Of a DNA stretch of 60,378 nt, positions 30,504 through 40,206 are shown in pieces. Made by a program: the position numbers and the translations under genes. This DNA is from an uncultured Bosea sp. (GTDB taxonomy: Bacteria; Pseudomonadota; Alphaproteobacteria; Rhizobiales; Beijerinckiaceae): NCBI GenBank assembly GCA_964508635.1, contig CAZDUL010000146.1, forward strand, positions 1-60,378, read 5' to 3'. The notes below the pieces were generated by a model. The model was not told where the DNA came from. It searched no databases and saw only the letters and a list, made by a program, of their open reading frames with translations. The stretch's first letter is position 1. Each line of letters begins with the position of its first letter.

Positions 30504-30716
30504 TTACCGCGATCGGCGCAAAGAGCTTGTCACGGTGGGCGCCGCGACAGCGCCGATGGCGCCGCCCGCCACAGCGCCGATGGGGCCGGCGACCAGCGCG
30601 CCGGTACCGGCGCCGGCGGCCGCGCCGGCGATGCGTTGATCCGTGGTGTTGCAGGCGCTGACCCCGAGCGCGAGCAGGGTGATGGCGAAAAGCGTCTTCA
30701 TGCGGACGAGCCTCAT
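30504..30716 (-). CDS. Small glycine-zipper lipoprotein
   Basis: Lipobox VSA|C then GAAAGAGTGALVAGPIGAVAGGAIG; alternative start at 30701. Confidence 0.8.
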   Translation of the reverse strand: MRLVRMKTLFAITLLALGVSACNTTDQRIAGAAAGAGTGALVAGPIGAVAGGAIGAVAAPTVTSSLRRSR

Positions 30717-30794
30717 GCGGATGGAGCCCCCTCAAGCCCCTTCCGAAGATCGCTGCCCTTGGTAAATCGGTGGTTTCTGGAGGCAGATGCGGCG

Positions 30795-31544
30795 TCAGCC
30801 CAGTTCGTCGACGGTCTTGCCGAAAAGCGGCTCGAACGCAGCCCGCAGCGCCATGTCGACTTCCGCCATGGTCACCGGCAGGCCAAGATCGACAAGGCTG
30901 GTGACGCCATGCTCGGTAACCCCGCATGGCACGATGCCGGAAAAATGCGACAGATCGGGCTCCACATTGATCGACACGCCGTGGAAAGTCACCCAGCGGC
31001 GCACGCGGATGCCGATGGCGGCGATCTTGTCTTCCGCCACGCCGCCCGGCTTCGCCGGCTTATCCGGCCGCCGGACCCAGACGCCGACGCGATCGGTGCG
31101 GCGTTCGCCCGCGACGTTGAAGCGCGCCAGGGTCGCGATCAGCCAGGCCTCCAGCGCCGCCACGAAGCGGCGCACATCCGGCTCGCGGCGCTTCAGGTCG
31201 AGCATCACATAGGCGACGCGCTGGCCGGGCCCATGGTAGGTGTATTGCCCGCCCCGCCCCGTCTCGAACACGGGCAGGCCGCCCGGCGCGACGAGATCGG
31301 CGGGGTCGGCCGAGGTGCCGGCGGTGTAAAGCGGCGGATGCTCCACCAGCCAGACGAGCTCGGGCGCTGTCCCTTCCGCGATGGCCGCGGCGCGGGCCTC
31401 CATGAACGCGATCGCCGACTGGTAGTCCGTCAGCCCCTCGCTGATGCGCCAGGCCACGAAAGGCGCGCATACCCCAGCCCGCACCAGGAACGGACGGTTC
31501 GGCCCGGCAAGCGTGCTGCGGGTCTGATCGACGGTCGGATTCAC
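30795..31544 (-). CDS. lipB: Octanoyltransferase LipB
   Basis: [39 protein letters not shown]. Confidence 0.96.
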   Translation of the reverse strand: MNPTVDQTRSTLAGPNRPFLVRAGVCAPFVAWRISEGLTDYQSAIAFMEARAAAIAEGTAPELVWLVEHPPLYTAGTSADPADLVAPGGLPVFETGRGGQYTYHGPGQRVAYVMLDLKRREPDVRRFVAALEAWLIATLARFNVAGERRTDRVGVWVRRPDKPAKPGGVAEDKIAAIGIRVRRWVTFHGVSINVEPDLSHFSGIVPCGVTEHGVTSLVDLGLPVTMAEVDMALRAAFEPLFGKTVDELG

Positions 31545-31555
31545 AAGCGGTTAAC
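31540..31555 (+). promoter_or_regulatory. CtrA-like box overlapping a GANTC site
   Basis: TTCA-N7-TTAAC (one mismatch to TTAA-N7-TTAAC) with GATTC at 31538-31542, ~80 nt upstream of the FliN-like gene. Confidence 0.5.
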
Positions 31556-31636
31556 CATGACCGCCCCATGGTGGGCGCACGGGTCCGATCGTGACCCCCG
31601 CTTCTCCTGATTTCAAGCGTGCCAGGACTTCATTGC

Positions 31637-31927
31637 GTGCAGACCGATCTCGACAAGGTTTGGATCAATGTCAGCGTCGTGCTGGGCCAGACCACCATGC
31701 CGATCCACAAGCTTCTGCGCATGGGCCGCGGCGCGGTGATCGAGCTCCTCTCGAACGAGAGCGACATGGTCGACATCATGGCCAATGGCCAGGTTTTCGC
31801 GCAGGGTCAGGTGATCGTCTCGGGATCACGGATCCAGGTCGAGATCACCGAGTTGCTGCGCCGCCCCCGCGTCGTGCGCAAACGCGGCAAGGCCAATCCG
31901 CCCGAGCCGGAGCCGATCGCGGCCTGA
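31637..31927 (+). CDS. FliM/FliN (SpoA domain) family protein, stand-alone
   Basis: VSVVLGQTTMPIHKLLRMGRGAVIEL..VDIMANG..AQGQVIV; GTG start with AGGA upstream. Confidence 0.88.
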   Translation: MQTDLDKVWINVSVVLGQTTMPIHKLLRMGRGAVIELLSNESDMVDIMANGQVFAQGQVIVSGSRIQVEITELLRRPRVVRKRGKANPPEPEPIAA

Positions 31928-31958
31928 CAGTGACCGCGAGAATTCGGCAGCAACAGGC

Positions 31959-31987
31959 TTGTGACGCCGTAGCCGATTTGCTATCCC
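31959..31987 (+). promoter_or_regulatory. Putative sigma70 promoter of tRNA-Leu
   Basis: TTGTGA-N17-TATCCC with a GCTA -10 context, as in alphaproteobacterial housekeeping promoters. Confidence 0.45.
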
Positions 31988-32024
31988 GCCGCACGCTTCG
32001 ATGGGGTTTGCGCCCCGAGGCGTC

Positions 32025-32109
32025 GCGGCCATGGCGGAATTGGTAGACGCGCTAGCTTGAGGTGCTAGTTGGGCAACCAGTGGAGGTTCGAGTCCTCTTG
32101 GCCGCACCA
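32025..32109 (+). tRNA. tRNA-Leu (anticodon GAG)
   Basis: GCGGCCA/TGGCCGC acceptor stem, D loop TGGTA, anticodon stem CTAGC-TT-GAG-GT-GCTAG, long variable arm, GGTTCGAGTCC, encoded CCA. Confidence 0.97.
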
Positions 32110-32134
32110 CCTTCCCGGCGAATCGATGCCGTAT

Positions 32135-32175
32135 CAGAGGCGGTCAGGGTTGAACCCGGCCGCCTTCTGTGTTTG
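32135..32175 (+). terminator. Intrinsic terminator after tRNA-Leu
   Basis: AGGCGGTC(A)GGGT-TGA-ACCCGGCCGCCT followed by TCTGTGTTT. Confidence 0.65.
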
Positions 32176-32250
32176 TGCGCGCAGATGTCTTTCACGCTCC
32201 GACAACGTCTGGCAGAAGCCAGCGATCACATCGCATGCGTCCGGGCGCCG

Positions 32251-32271
32251 ATGACGCTTGATCTGCGTCAT
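32251..32271. promoter_or_regulatory. Palindromic operator containing an FNR/FixK-like box upstream of fpr
   Basis: ATGACGC-N7-GCGTCAT perfect inverted repeat containing TTGAT-CTGC-GTCAT. Confidence 0.45.
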
Positions 32272-32337
32272 GTTTGCTGTCCCAGTCGCGCTTCACTATG
32301 CCGGTCCTGACACACCGATGCCTGCCCGGAATCGCGC

Positions 32338-33111
32338 ATGTCCGCCTTCCATGAAGCCACCGTGACGGATGTCCGCCACTGGACAGACCGGCTTTTCTCC
32401 TTCCGCACCACCCGTGATCCGGCATTCCGCTTCGAGAACGGCCAGTTCGCCATGATCGGGCTCCAGGTCGATGGCCGGCCGTTGCTGCGCGCCTACTCCA
32501 TGGCGAGCCCCAACCATGCGGACAGTCTGGAGTTCTTCTCGATCAAGGTGCCGAACGGGCCATTGACCTCGCGTTTGCAGAACATTCAGCCGGGCGACAC
32601 CATCCTCGTCGGGCGCAAGCCAACCGGCACGCTGCTGCAGGACAATCTGTTGCCCGGCCGCAATCTTTATCTTGTCTCCACCGGTACCGGCTTCGCGCCC
32701 TTCGCCAGCATCGTGCGCGACTTCGGTGTCTATGAGCGCTACGACAAGGTGATTGCGCTGCATGGCTGCCGCGAGGTGGCCGAGACCGCCTACAGCCGCC
32801 ACATCATCGAGGAAGTGCTGGACGACGCGTATCTTGCCGAGGTCGCAGCGGGCAAGCTCATCTATTATCCCACGGTGACCCGGGAGCCGTTCGAGCATCA
32901 GGGTCGCGTCACGACGGGGCTGGCGGATGGCTCGATACCAGCCGCATGCGGATTGCCGCCGCTCGATCCGGCGGTCGATCGCGTGATGATCTGTGGCTCC
33001 GAGGCCATGCTGAAGGATATGGTGGACCTGATGAAGCAGCGCGGCTTCGTCGAGGGCAATTCGTCAGAGCCCGGCCACTACGTGATCGAAAAGGCCTTCG
33101 TGGAAAAGTAG
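32338..33111 (+). CDS. fpr: Ferredoxin--NADP+ reductase (bacterial subclass I)
   Basis: RAYS, GPLTSRL, STGTGFAPF, MICGS, C-terminal EKAFVEK. Confidence 0.95.
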   Translation: MSAFHEATVTDVRHWTDRLFSFRTTRDPAFRFENGQFAMIGLQVDGRPLLRAYSMASPNHADSLEFFSIKVPNGPLTSRLQNIQPGDTILVGRKPTGTLLQDNLLPGRNLYLVSTGTGFAPFASIVRDFGVYERYDKVIALHGCREVAETAYSRHIIEEVLDDAYLAEVAAGKLIYYPTVTREPFEHQGRVTTGLADGSIPAACGLPPLDPAVDRVMICGSEAMLKDMVDLMKQRGFVEGNSSEPGHYVIEKAFVEK

Positions 33112-33438
33112 CGGGATCGCGCCCGGCATCCGGCGCTCTGTCTGCCATGCCATGGCGATGCGACAGAGGCCCAGTCCAGATCCCGCGACGACCAGCGCTG
33201 CCCATGCGGGAGGTAGCGGCTGAAGGCCCCTGGTGCGACCATGTCGGCGGCAGCGGGGCGCCCTTCAGCGCCACATGGCCGAGGCTGAAATCACGCTCGC
33301 CGCACGGCATACGGAGCCCGCCCGGAAAGCGCGTTGGCAGCCCTTTCGGCAACGGCGGGTTGATCATATATCCACGTGGCTCCGGTCGATGGGGAACCGG
33401 CCCGGCTCACGCCGGCCTATGCGAAGGACATGCGAGCC

Positions 33439-34665
33439 ATGACGATCAGCATCAATCGCCGCCAGGCGGTGGCGGGCCTCGGCGCCATCACCATCGCCGG
33501 TCCGGCTCTGGCGCAAGGTGCTCAGGGTCCTGCGGTGGGCGCACCGATCAAGGTGGGCGAGCTCAATTCGTATAGCCGCATGGCCGCCTTCGCCATCCCC
33601 TACCGCAACGCGATCCAGCTGGCGCTGGATGAGATCAACGCCCGCGGCGGGGTGTTGGGACGCCCGCTCGAGATTGTGTTCCGCGATGATGGCGGCACGC
33701 CGGGCGACGCTGTGCGCGTGGCCGAGGAGCTGGTGACGCGAGAGGGTGTCTCGATGCTGGCGGGCACGTTCCTCTCGAATGTGGGGCTCGCCGTCGCAGA
33801 CTTCGCCAATCAGCGCAAGACCCTGTTTCTGGCCACCGAGCCGCTGTCCGACGCGATCACGATGGCGCAGGGCAACCGCTTTACCTATCGCTTGCGTCCC
33901 TCCACCTTCATGCAGACCCGTATGCTGGTCGAGGCGGTGAAGGCGCGCGGTATCCGGCGCTGGGCGATCGTTGCGCCGAACTACGAATATGGCCAGTCGG
34001 CCGCAGCCAACTTCAAGCGCCTGATGGCGCAGGCCCAACCCGGCTTCGAGGTGGTGGCGGAGCAATATCCGGCGCTCGGCCGCATCGATGCGGGCGCAAC
34101 GGTCGGAGCGGTGGCGCAAGCGCGGCCCGACGGCATCTTCAACGTCACCTTCGGCCCTGACCTCACCCAGTTCGTGCGCGAGGGCAACACACGTGGCCTG
34201 TTCGAGCGTCGAACGGTCGTCAGCCTGCTGACCGGCGAGCCGGAATACCTGATCCCGCTCGGCGAGGAGACGCCGGAGGGCTGGATCGTCACTGGCTACC
34301 CCTGGGAGCAGATCACCGACCCGGCCCATGTCGCCTTCGTCAATGCCTATCGGGCGCGCTTCAACGATACGCCGCGCCTGGGTTCGCTGCTCGGCTACGT
34401 CTTCGCCCATGTCGTGCGCGATCTCATCAACAAGGCCGGCTCGGTCGAGACCGAAGCGATGCTGAAGAGCTTCGACGACATGCGCTTCGAGACGGTCGTG
34501 GGGCCGATTACGATGCGCGGCCTCGACAAGCAGGCGACCATGGGCGCATGGGTCGGCGAGACGACGCTCAACGGCCGCGCAGGCGCAATGAAAAACTGGC
34601 GCTTCGAGGACGGCGCCAATCACATGTTCCCTGAAGCGGAGGTGCGCGCCGCCCGCAGGCTGTGA
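33439..34665 (+). CDS. ABC substrate-binding protein (LivJ/branched-chain type), Tat signal, orphan
   Basis: NRRQAVAG signal; IKVGELNS, EINARGGVLGRPLE, PNYEYGQS; no permease genes adjacent. Confidence 0.9.
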   Translation: MTISINRRQAVAGLGAITIAGPALAQGAQGPAVGAPIKVGELNSYSRMAAFAIPYRNAIQLALDEINARGGVLGRPLEIVFRDDGGTPGDAVRVAEELVTREGVSMLAGTFLSNVGLAVADFANQRKTLFLATEPLSDAITMAQGNRFTYRLRPSTFMQTRMLVEAVKARGIRRWAIVAPNYEYGQSAAANFKRLMAQAQPGFEVVAEQYPALGRIDAGATVGAVAQARPDGIFNVTFGPDLTQFVREGNTRGLFERRTVVSLLTGEPEYLIPLGEETPEGWIVTGYPWEQITDPAHVAFVNAYRARFNDTPRLGSLLGYVFAHVVRDLINKAGSVETEAMLKSFDDMRFETVVGPITMRGLDKQATMGAWVGETTLNGRAGAMKNWRFEDGANHMFPEAEVRAARRL

Positions 34666-34677
34666 GCGCGAACCCTC

Positions 34678-35010
34678 TCAGTTCATCCGCGAGCGGCTGA
34701 CGGTGTAGGCGCCGTCCGCCGACCGGTCGAAGAACGCATCGACCTGCGGGTGACGCACCGGCTCGCCGCTGTTGTCGAGCACGAGGTTCTGCTCGGACAC
34801 ATAGGCGATGTATTCGGTTTCCGCATTCTCGGCGAACAGGTGATAGAATGGCTGGTCCCGGCGGGGGCGAACATGCTCCGGGATAGCGGCCAGCCACTCC
34901 TCGGTGTTGGCGAACTCCGGGTCCACGTCGAAGATCACGCCGCGGAATGGGTGAAACCGGTGGCGCACCACCTGCCCGATCCTGAACTTCGCTTCGCGCG
35001 CCTTGGACAA
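34678..35010 (-). CDS. hspQ: Heat shock protein HspQ (YccV-like)
   Basis: KFRIGQVVRHR, RGVIFDVDPEF, QPFYHL, AYVSEQNL. Confidence 0.93.
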   Translation of the reverse strand: MSKAREAKFRIGQVVRHRFHPFRGVIFDVDPEFANTEEWLAAIPEHVRPRRDQPFYHLFAENAETEYIAYVSEQNLVLDNSGEPVRHPQVDAFFDRSADGAYTVSRSRMN

Positions 35011-35150
35011 GGGGGCGCCTCCTTTCGCCTGGCAGCCAGGCGGCTGATCGACTGCTTCGGAGCGATCTGACGCGCAAGCCGCGCCTGCTACGAGCTAAGA
35101 CAGCCGGCAAACCGGGTCAATCGCCGGCATGGTCACGGAATGATGATCCG

Positions 35151-36569
35151 CTAGAGGCCAAACCAGACCGTCGCGAGGCCGAGGAAGGCGAAGAAGCCGA
35201 CGACATCGGTCACCGTTGTGACGAAGGTGCCGGACGAAACGGCCGGGTCGATACCGAGACGATGCAGGCCGAACGGGATGATTGCGCCCGCAGCCGCCGC
35301 CGCGATGAGGTTCACGATCATGGCGAGCCCGATCACCACGCCGAGCGCCGTGTCGGAGAACCACAGCGCCGCGACACCGCCCGTGATGAGCGCGAAGGCC
35401 GCGCCGTTGACGAGCGAGACGAGCAATTCCTTGGTGAGGAAGCGCCGAAGCCCCCTGCCCGCGAGCTCGCCTGTGGCCAGCGCCCGCACGGCGACCGTCA
35501 TGGTCTGCGTCGCGGCGTTGCCGCCCTGGCTCGCGACGATCGGCGCCAGAACGGCGAGCGCCACCATCTGCTCCAGGCTGGCCGAGAACAACTTCATGAC
35601 GCTCGCGGCGAGGAACGCCGTCAGGAGGTTGACGAACAGCCACTGGAAGCGGCTGCGCGCGATGACGGCAACCGTGTCGGTCAGTTCCTCGTCGCTGTTG
35701 ACCCCGCCGAGCGCCTTCAGGGCCTCGTCGGCCTCCTCCTCGATGATGTCGACCACATCGTCGATGGTCATGACGCCCACGAGGCGGCCGGCCTCGTCAA
35801 CGACGGGCGCGGAGACGAAGTTGTAGCGCTTGAACAGCTGCGCCACGTCATGCAGGGGATCGGTGGCCGCGACCGTCTCGCGCTCGGGGTCGGCAAGCTC
35901 CGACATCTTCACCGGCCGCTTGGTGCGCAGCAGGCGGTCCAGCGTCACCGCGCCGAGGAACCGGTGGGCCGGGTCGACCACATAGATCTCGTAGAAGGTG
36001 TCCGGGAGATCCTGCGTCTCGCGCATGAAGTCGATGGTCTGCCCCACCGTCCAGAAAGGCGGCGTGGCGATGACCTCGGTCTGCATCCGTCGGCCTGCGG
36101 TGCCTTCCGGATAGTCGAGGCTTTTCTGCAGCGCGATCCGCTCGCTCGCGGGCAGGCGCTCGAGGATGTCGGCCTTTTCGGCCTCGTCCAGGTCCTCGAG
36201 AATGTAGACCGCATCATCCGAATCGAGCTCTCGCACGCCCTCTGCGACGGTCTCGACCTCGAGCTCCTCGAGGATTTCCTCGCGAACCGCGTCATCGACC
36301 TCGGTCAAGGCCGCAAAGTCAAAATCCCGACCCAGCACCTCGATGAAACGCGGACGATCCTCCGGCTCCAGCGCCTGCAGGAGATCGCCGAGATCGGCCT
36401 CGTGAAGGTCGCCGACGAGCGCGGCGAGAGTATCGTGGTCGTTGGCGGCGATAAGCCCGGCGACCGCAGCGAGGAACGGCGCCTCGATCTGCCCCTGCCC
36501 ATCGCGAAAGGGCAGCTCCGCCAGCGACTGCGCCCGCGTCCGCGCGGGGCGTTCGGCTGCATCCTGCAT
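35151..36569 (-). CDS. mgtE: Magnesium transporter MgtE
   Basis: Acidic N-domain, CBS pair (YPEGTAGRRM), GGNAATQ, DPAVSSGTFVTTVTDVVG. Confidence 0.95.
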   Translation of the reverse strand: MQDAAERPARTRAQSLAELPFRDGQGQIEAPFLAAVAGLIAANDHDTLAALVGDLHEADLGDLLQALEPEDRPRFIEVLGRDFDFAALTEVDDAVREEILEELEVETVAEGVRELDSDDAVYILEDLDEAEKADILERLPASERIALQKSLDYPEGTAGRRMQTEVIATPPFWTVGQTIDFMRETQDLPDTFYEIYVVDPAHRFLGAVTLDRLLRTKRPVKMSELADPERETVAATDPLHDVAQLFKRYNFVSAPVVDEAGRLVGVMTIDDVVDIIEEEADEALKALGGVNSDEELTDTVAVIARSRFQWLFVNLLTAFLAASVMKLFSASLEQMVALAVLAPIVASQGGNAATQTMTVAVRALATGELAGRGLRRFLTKELLVSLVNGAAFALITGGVAALWFSDTALGVVIGLAMIVNLIAAAAAGAIIPFGLHRLGIDPAVSSGTFVTTVTDVVGFFAFLGLATVWFGL

Positions 36570-36677
36570 GGCGCCCTCCCTCCGTTGCGCGGTTGTCGGT
36601 CACGTCGGCTGCAGCCGCTTCTGGCAAACGCTTGCGCCCTTGACAATGGCACGCATCGGACTGCTACCGACACCCCG

Positions 36678-37517
36678 ATGCCGCCTCCACGCCCGTCCAT
36701 CAGCCGCCGCACCGCCCTTGCCGCCGGCATCGCCGCGACAGGCGCGGCGCTTGCCGGCTTCAGCGCATCCCCCGCCAGGGCCCGTTGCAGCCTGGCCGGG
36801 CGGACGCTGCGGCTGTCCACGGCCGGTGGCGTCTTCGTCGGATTGCAGAGCCACCCGCAGACGCTGGCCCTCGCCGATCGCGAGATCATCCTGACCTTCG
36901 ACGACGGCCCGTTGCCGGGCCCGACCAGCCGGGTTCTGGATGCGCTGGCCGCCTATAATGCCCCGGCGACGTTCTTTCTGATTGGCCGCAACGCGGCGGC
37001 GCATCCGTGGCTGGTCCGCCGCATGGCCACCGAGGGACACACGCTCGCCCACCACACCATGACCCATCCGTGGACGCTGCGCCAGCGCAGCTTCAGTGCC
37101 GGGATCGCGGAGATCGAAGCGGGCATCGCCGCGGTCGAGGCGGCGGCCGGCATGTCGACACCGCGCTTCTTCCGCTATCCCGGCTTCGCCGATACGCCCG
37201 AGCTCAACGGCTGGCTCGCGCGTCAAGGCTTCGGGGTGTTCGGCAGCGACCTCTGGTCGAGCGACTGGACGCCGATGACGCCGCAGCGGCAACTGTCGCT
37301 CGTGCTGCGGCGGCTGGCGCGTGCGCGGCGCGGCATCGTGCTGATGCATGACGTCGTCGAACAGACCGCGCGCATGCTGCCCGCCTTCCTCGAGGCGCTC
37401 TGCGACCAAGGCTATCGCGTGGTCAGCCTGCAGACCGGAGTCGAAGCGGCCGTGCTGAAGCATGCCGATGCAGGCTGGCGATCGACCACCGAGCGCATCA
37501 TCGCCGGGCGCCGCTGA
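36678..37517 (+). CDS. Polysaccharide deacetylase (CE4/NodB), Tat signal
   Basis: SRRTAL signal; TFDDGP, HHTMTH, RYPG, SDW, LMHD motifs. Confidence 0.9.
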   Translation: MPPPRPSISRRTALAAGIAATGAALAGFSASPARARCSLAGRTLRLSTAGGVFVGLQSHPQTLALADREIILTFDDGPLPGPTSRVLDALAAYNAPATFFLIGRNAAAHPWLVRRMATEGHTLAHHTMTHPWTLRQRSFSAGIAEIEAGIAAVEAAAGMSTPRFFRYPGFADTPELNGWLARQGFGVFGSDLWSSDWTPMTPQRQLSLVLRRLARARRGIVLMHDVVEQTARMLPAFLEALCDQGYRVVSLQTGVEAAVLKHADAGWRSTTERIIAGRR

Positions 37518-37575
37518 GACGACCGACCACACGCCATGACTTGATGCGCGAGGACGAAATCGGGCAAGAGCGGCC

Positions 37576-38787
37576 ATGGCGTCCGTTCTTCATGCCTTCA
37601 AGGTCTACAAGCCCGACATCGAGGGCGGTATCCCCAACGTGATCGAATCGATCGCCACGGGCGTGACCGACGGCTTCAGCCACGAGATCCTCGTGGCGCG
37701 GGATCAGGGGCCGGGACGGCGTGACAGGGTTGGCGGCGTCGCCGTGACGCGACTCGCCTCGGCGGGGACACTCTGGTCGCTGCCCCTGGCGCCGGCATAT
37801 CCGCTGGCGCTGGCTCGCGCGTCGGCCGGCGCCGACATCCTCGCCGTGCACGCTCCCTTTCCCCTTGCGGATCTGTCGCTGGCGCTCGCTCCGAAGCGGC
37901 GCCGTGGCCGTCTCATCGTGCACTGGCATGCCGACATCGTCCGGCAGAAAGCGCTCGAGCCGCTCTACAAACCGCTGTTGCGCCGCACGCTGGCCGCTGC
38001 CGACGCCATCATCGTGTCGCATGACAGCGTCGCGCGATCGTCGAGCCATCTCGGGGCTTTCGGGCACAAGATCGTTGCCGTCCCGTTCGGACTCGATCCG
38101 CAACCCTGGACCGCTCTGACCGAGGCGGACCGGCGCGAAATCGCGGCGCTAAGGGCCGACCCGCGCCCCCTGTTCGTCTCGATCGGACGCCTGGTCGGCT
38201 ACAAGGGCTTCGATGTGCTGATCGACGCCGCTCGTGAGATGGCCGCGGATGGCGTGAGGGCCCGCTTTGTCATCTGCGGTGTCGGGGTCGAGGAGGGACA
38301 GCTCAGGGCCCAGATCGCGCGCCATGGCCTCGACGGCTGCATCACGCTGCGGGGGTTCGCCTCGCAGGCCGAACTCAGGCAGTTGCTGCATGGGGCCCGT
38401 GCGCTGGTGATGCCTTCGGTCTCGATCGCGGAGACGTTCGGTCTGGTGCAGGTCGAAGCGATGTTCAGCGGCGCCGCCATCATCAACACCCGGCTTCCGA
38501 CCGCGGTCGGATGGGTGGCGCGCGATGGAAAGGAGGCGCTCACCGTGCCGCCGCGCGATGCTCACGCGCTTGCTGCGGCGCTGTCGCGGCTCGCGGCCGA
38601 TCCGGCGCTGGCGAGCCGGCTCGGAGCGGCGGGCCGTCGCCGCGCTGACGCCCTGTTCAGCGCCAGCGCGTTCCACCGCGGGATCGCTGCCGTCTACCGC
38701 GCCGTGCTGGAAGGACGTCCCGTGCGATCCGCCCTGCAGCCTGTCGGGGCGCAGCCAGACGACACATCCTCGCGCGGGACACCCTGA
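37576..38787 (+). CDS. Glycosyltransferase family 4
   Basis: GGI, HWHAD, GRLVGYKG, ETFGLVQVEAM (EX7E). Confidence 0.92.
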   Translation: MASVLHAFKVYKPDIEGGIPNVIESIATGVTDGFSHEILVARDQGPGRRDRVGGVAVTRLASAGTLWSLPLAPAYPLALARASAGADILAVHAPFPLADLSLALAPKRRRGRLIVHWHADIVRQKALEPLYKPLLRRTLAAADAIIVSHDSVARSSSHLGAFGHKIVAVPFGLDPQPWTALTEADRREIAALRADPRPLFVSIGRLVGYKGFDVLIDAAREMAADGVRARFVICGVGVEEGQLRAQIARHGLDGCITLRGFASQAELRQLLHGARALVMPSVSIAETFGLVQVEAMFSGAAIINTRLPTAVGWVARDGKEALTVPPRDAHALAAALSRLAADPALASRLGAAGRRRADALFSASAFHRGIAAVYRAVLEGRPVRSALQPVGAQPDDTSSRGTP

Positions 38788-38789
38788 GC

Positions 38790-40106
38790 ATGCGGGTCGG
38801 CATCGACACCCTGCCGCTGTCGCCGCCCTATACCGGCGTCGGGAACTATCTGCTGTCGCTTCTGGATGCACTGCTCGGGGAGGATGGCGCAGGCCCGTCT
38901 ATCCGATGCGAGCGGCTGGAGTTCCGTGGGTTTGGAGCGCGCAGCTGGCACGCGGTCGATGCCGCCTATGTGCGCGAGCGTATCGCCGCAGGCGCCTTGC
39001 CCCTGTCGGCAAAGGGGCGCGACCAAGCCGTGAGTCCGTCGGCCTTGCGACGAACCGCCGCGGCCCTGTCGTCCATGCCGCTCGCGCACCGCCTGGCCGG
39101 ACAGATCCGTGCGCGCGTGTTCGAGGCTGGCCTGAACGCCCAACGGCTCGACCTGTTCCACGCCTTCATCCATCGCGCGCCGAGCCTCGCGCCGCCTGTT
39201 CCTGTGATCCCTGTCATTCATGATCTTGCCTATATCCGCCATCCCGAGACCGTGCCGGACAGCCGTCGCCGCTGGCTGGAGCCGGTCGCGGCGCAATGCC
39301 GGCGCGCGCCGGTCATCCATGCCGTCTCCGCCTTCACCGCCGGCGAGATCGCGGCCCTGTTTGGCGTGGCGCGCGACCGCATCCACGTGATCAGGCCGGC
39401 CGTTCGCGATGTTTTCCTGCAAGAGGCCGACGGTGCCGGACGCGATGCCGACGATGCTGCGCTCGTGCGCCATGACGTCAGGGCGCGCAGCTATGCGCTC
39501 GCGGTGGCCTCGCTGGAGCCGCGCAAGAACCTGCGCACGCTTCTTGCCGCATATGAGGGCCTCGGCGCAGCGCAGAGACAGCGTATGCCCTTGCTGCTGG
39601 TCGGTTCTGCCCATCAAAGGCCCTGGGGCGACGAACAGGACCATGTTCGGCTGGACCGCCTCGTGCGCGAGGGCAGCGTCAGGCGGCTCGGTCATGTGGA
39701 CGATCGCCTCCTCGCGACGCTGTATCGCCATGCCCGGCTGATGGTGTTTCCCTCGCTCTACGAGGGCTTCGGCATGCCGATCATCGAGGCGCTGGCCTGC
39801 GGTGCGCCGGTCGTCACCTCCGACGCCGCTTCGATGCCCGAAGCGGCGCAAGGCGCGGCGCGGCTCGTTGCTCCGCTGGACGTCGACGCCTGGCGAGCAG
39901 CCCTGCGCGAGGCGCTCGACGACGATGCGGCGCTGTCGCCGGCAGCTGTCGAGGCCCGCCGGAGTAAGGCGCTGTCATGGCGCTGGGTCGATGCCGCCCG
40001 CTCGACCCTCGGTCTTTACGAAGCGGCGCTTGCGCAGCTCCAGACCGCGTCGGGATCGGATAGGGGGCGTTTGGCCGAGCTGGTCAAGGACCTCGAACTC
40101 CGCTAG
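38790..40106 (+). CDS. Glycosyltransferase family 4 (mannosyltransferase-like)
   Basis: [35 protein letters not shown]. Confidence 0.92.
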   Translation: MRVGIDTLPLSPPYTGVGNYLLSLLDALLGEDGAGPSIRCERLEFRGFGARSWHAVDAAYVRERIAAGALPLSAKGRDQAVSPSALRRTAAALSSMPLAHRLAGQIRARVFEAGLNAQRLDLFHAFIHRAPSLAPPVPVIPVIHDLAYIRHPETVPDSRRRWLEPVAAQCRRAPVIHAVSAFTAGEIAALFGVARDRIHVIRPAVRDVFLQEADGAGRDADDAALVRHDVRARSYALAVASLEPRKNLRTLLAAYEGLGAAQRQRMPLLLVGSAHQRPWGDEQDHVRLDRLVREGSVRRLGHVDDRLLATLYRHARLMVFPSLYEGFGMPIIEALACGAPVVTSDAASMPEAAQGAARLVAPLDVDAWRAALREALDDDAALSPAAVEARRSKALSWRWVDAARSTLGLYEAALAQLQTASGSDRGRLAELVKDLELR

Positions 40107-40206
40107 GAGCCACACAGGCGCGGCGCACGCGCTCCCGGCACCGCGTGCAGGGCTCCTGTCCTGCGCCGCGCACTGCCGTTGCGCGCCCCTTCCCCGGATC
40201 CGCTGC

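Noticed and set aside
32025-32340. Genomic island integrated at tRNA-Leu
   Set aside because: No integrase, no duplicated tRNA 3' end seen and no compositional shift; the site appears empty.
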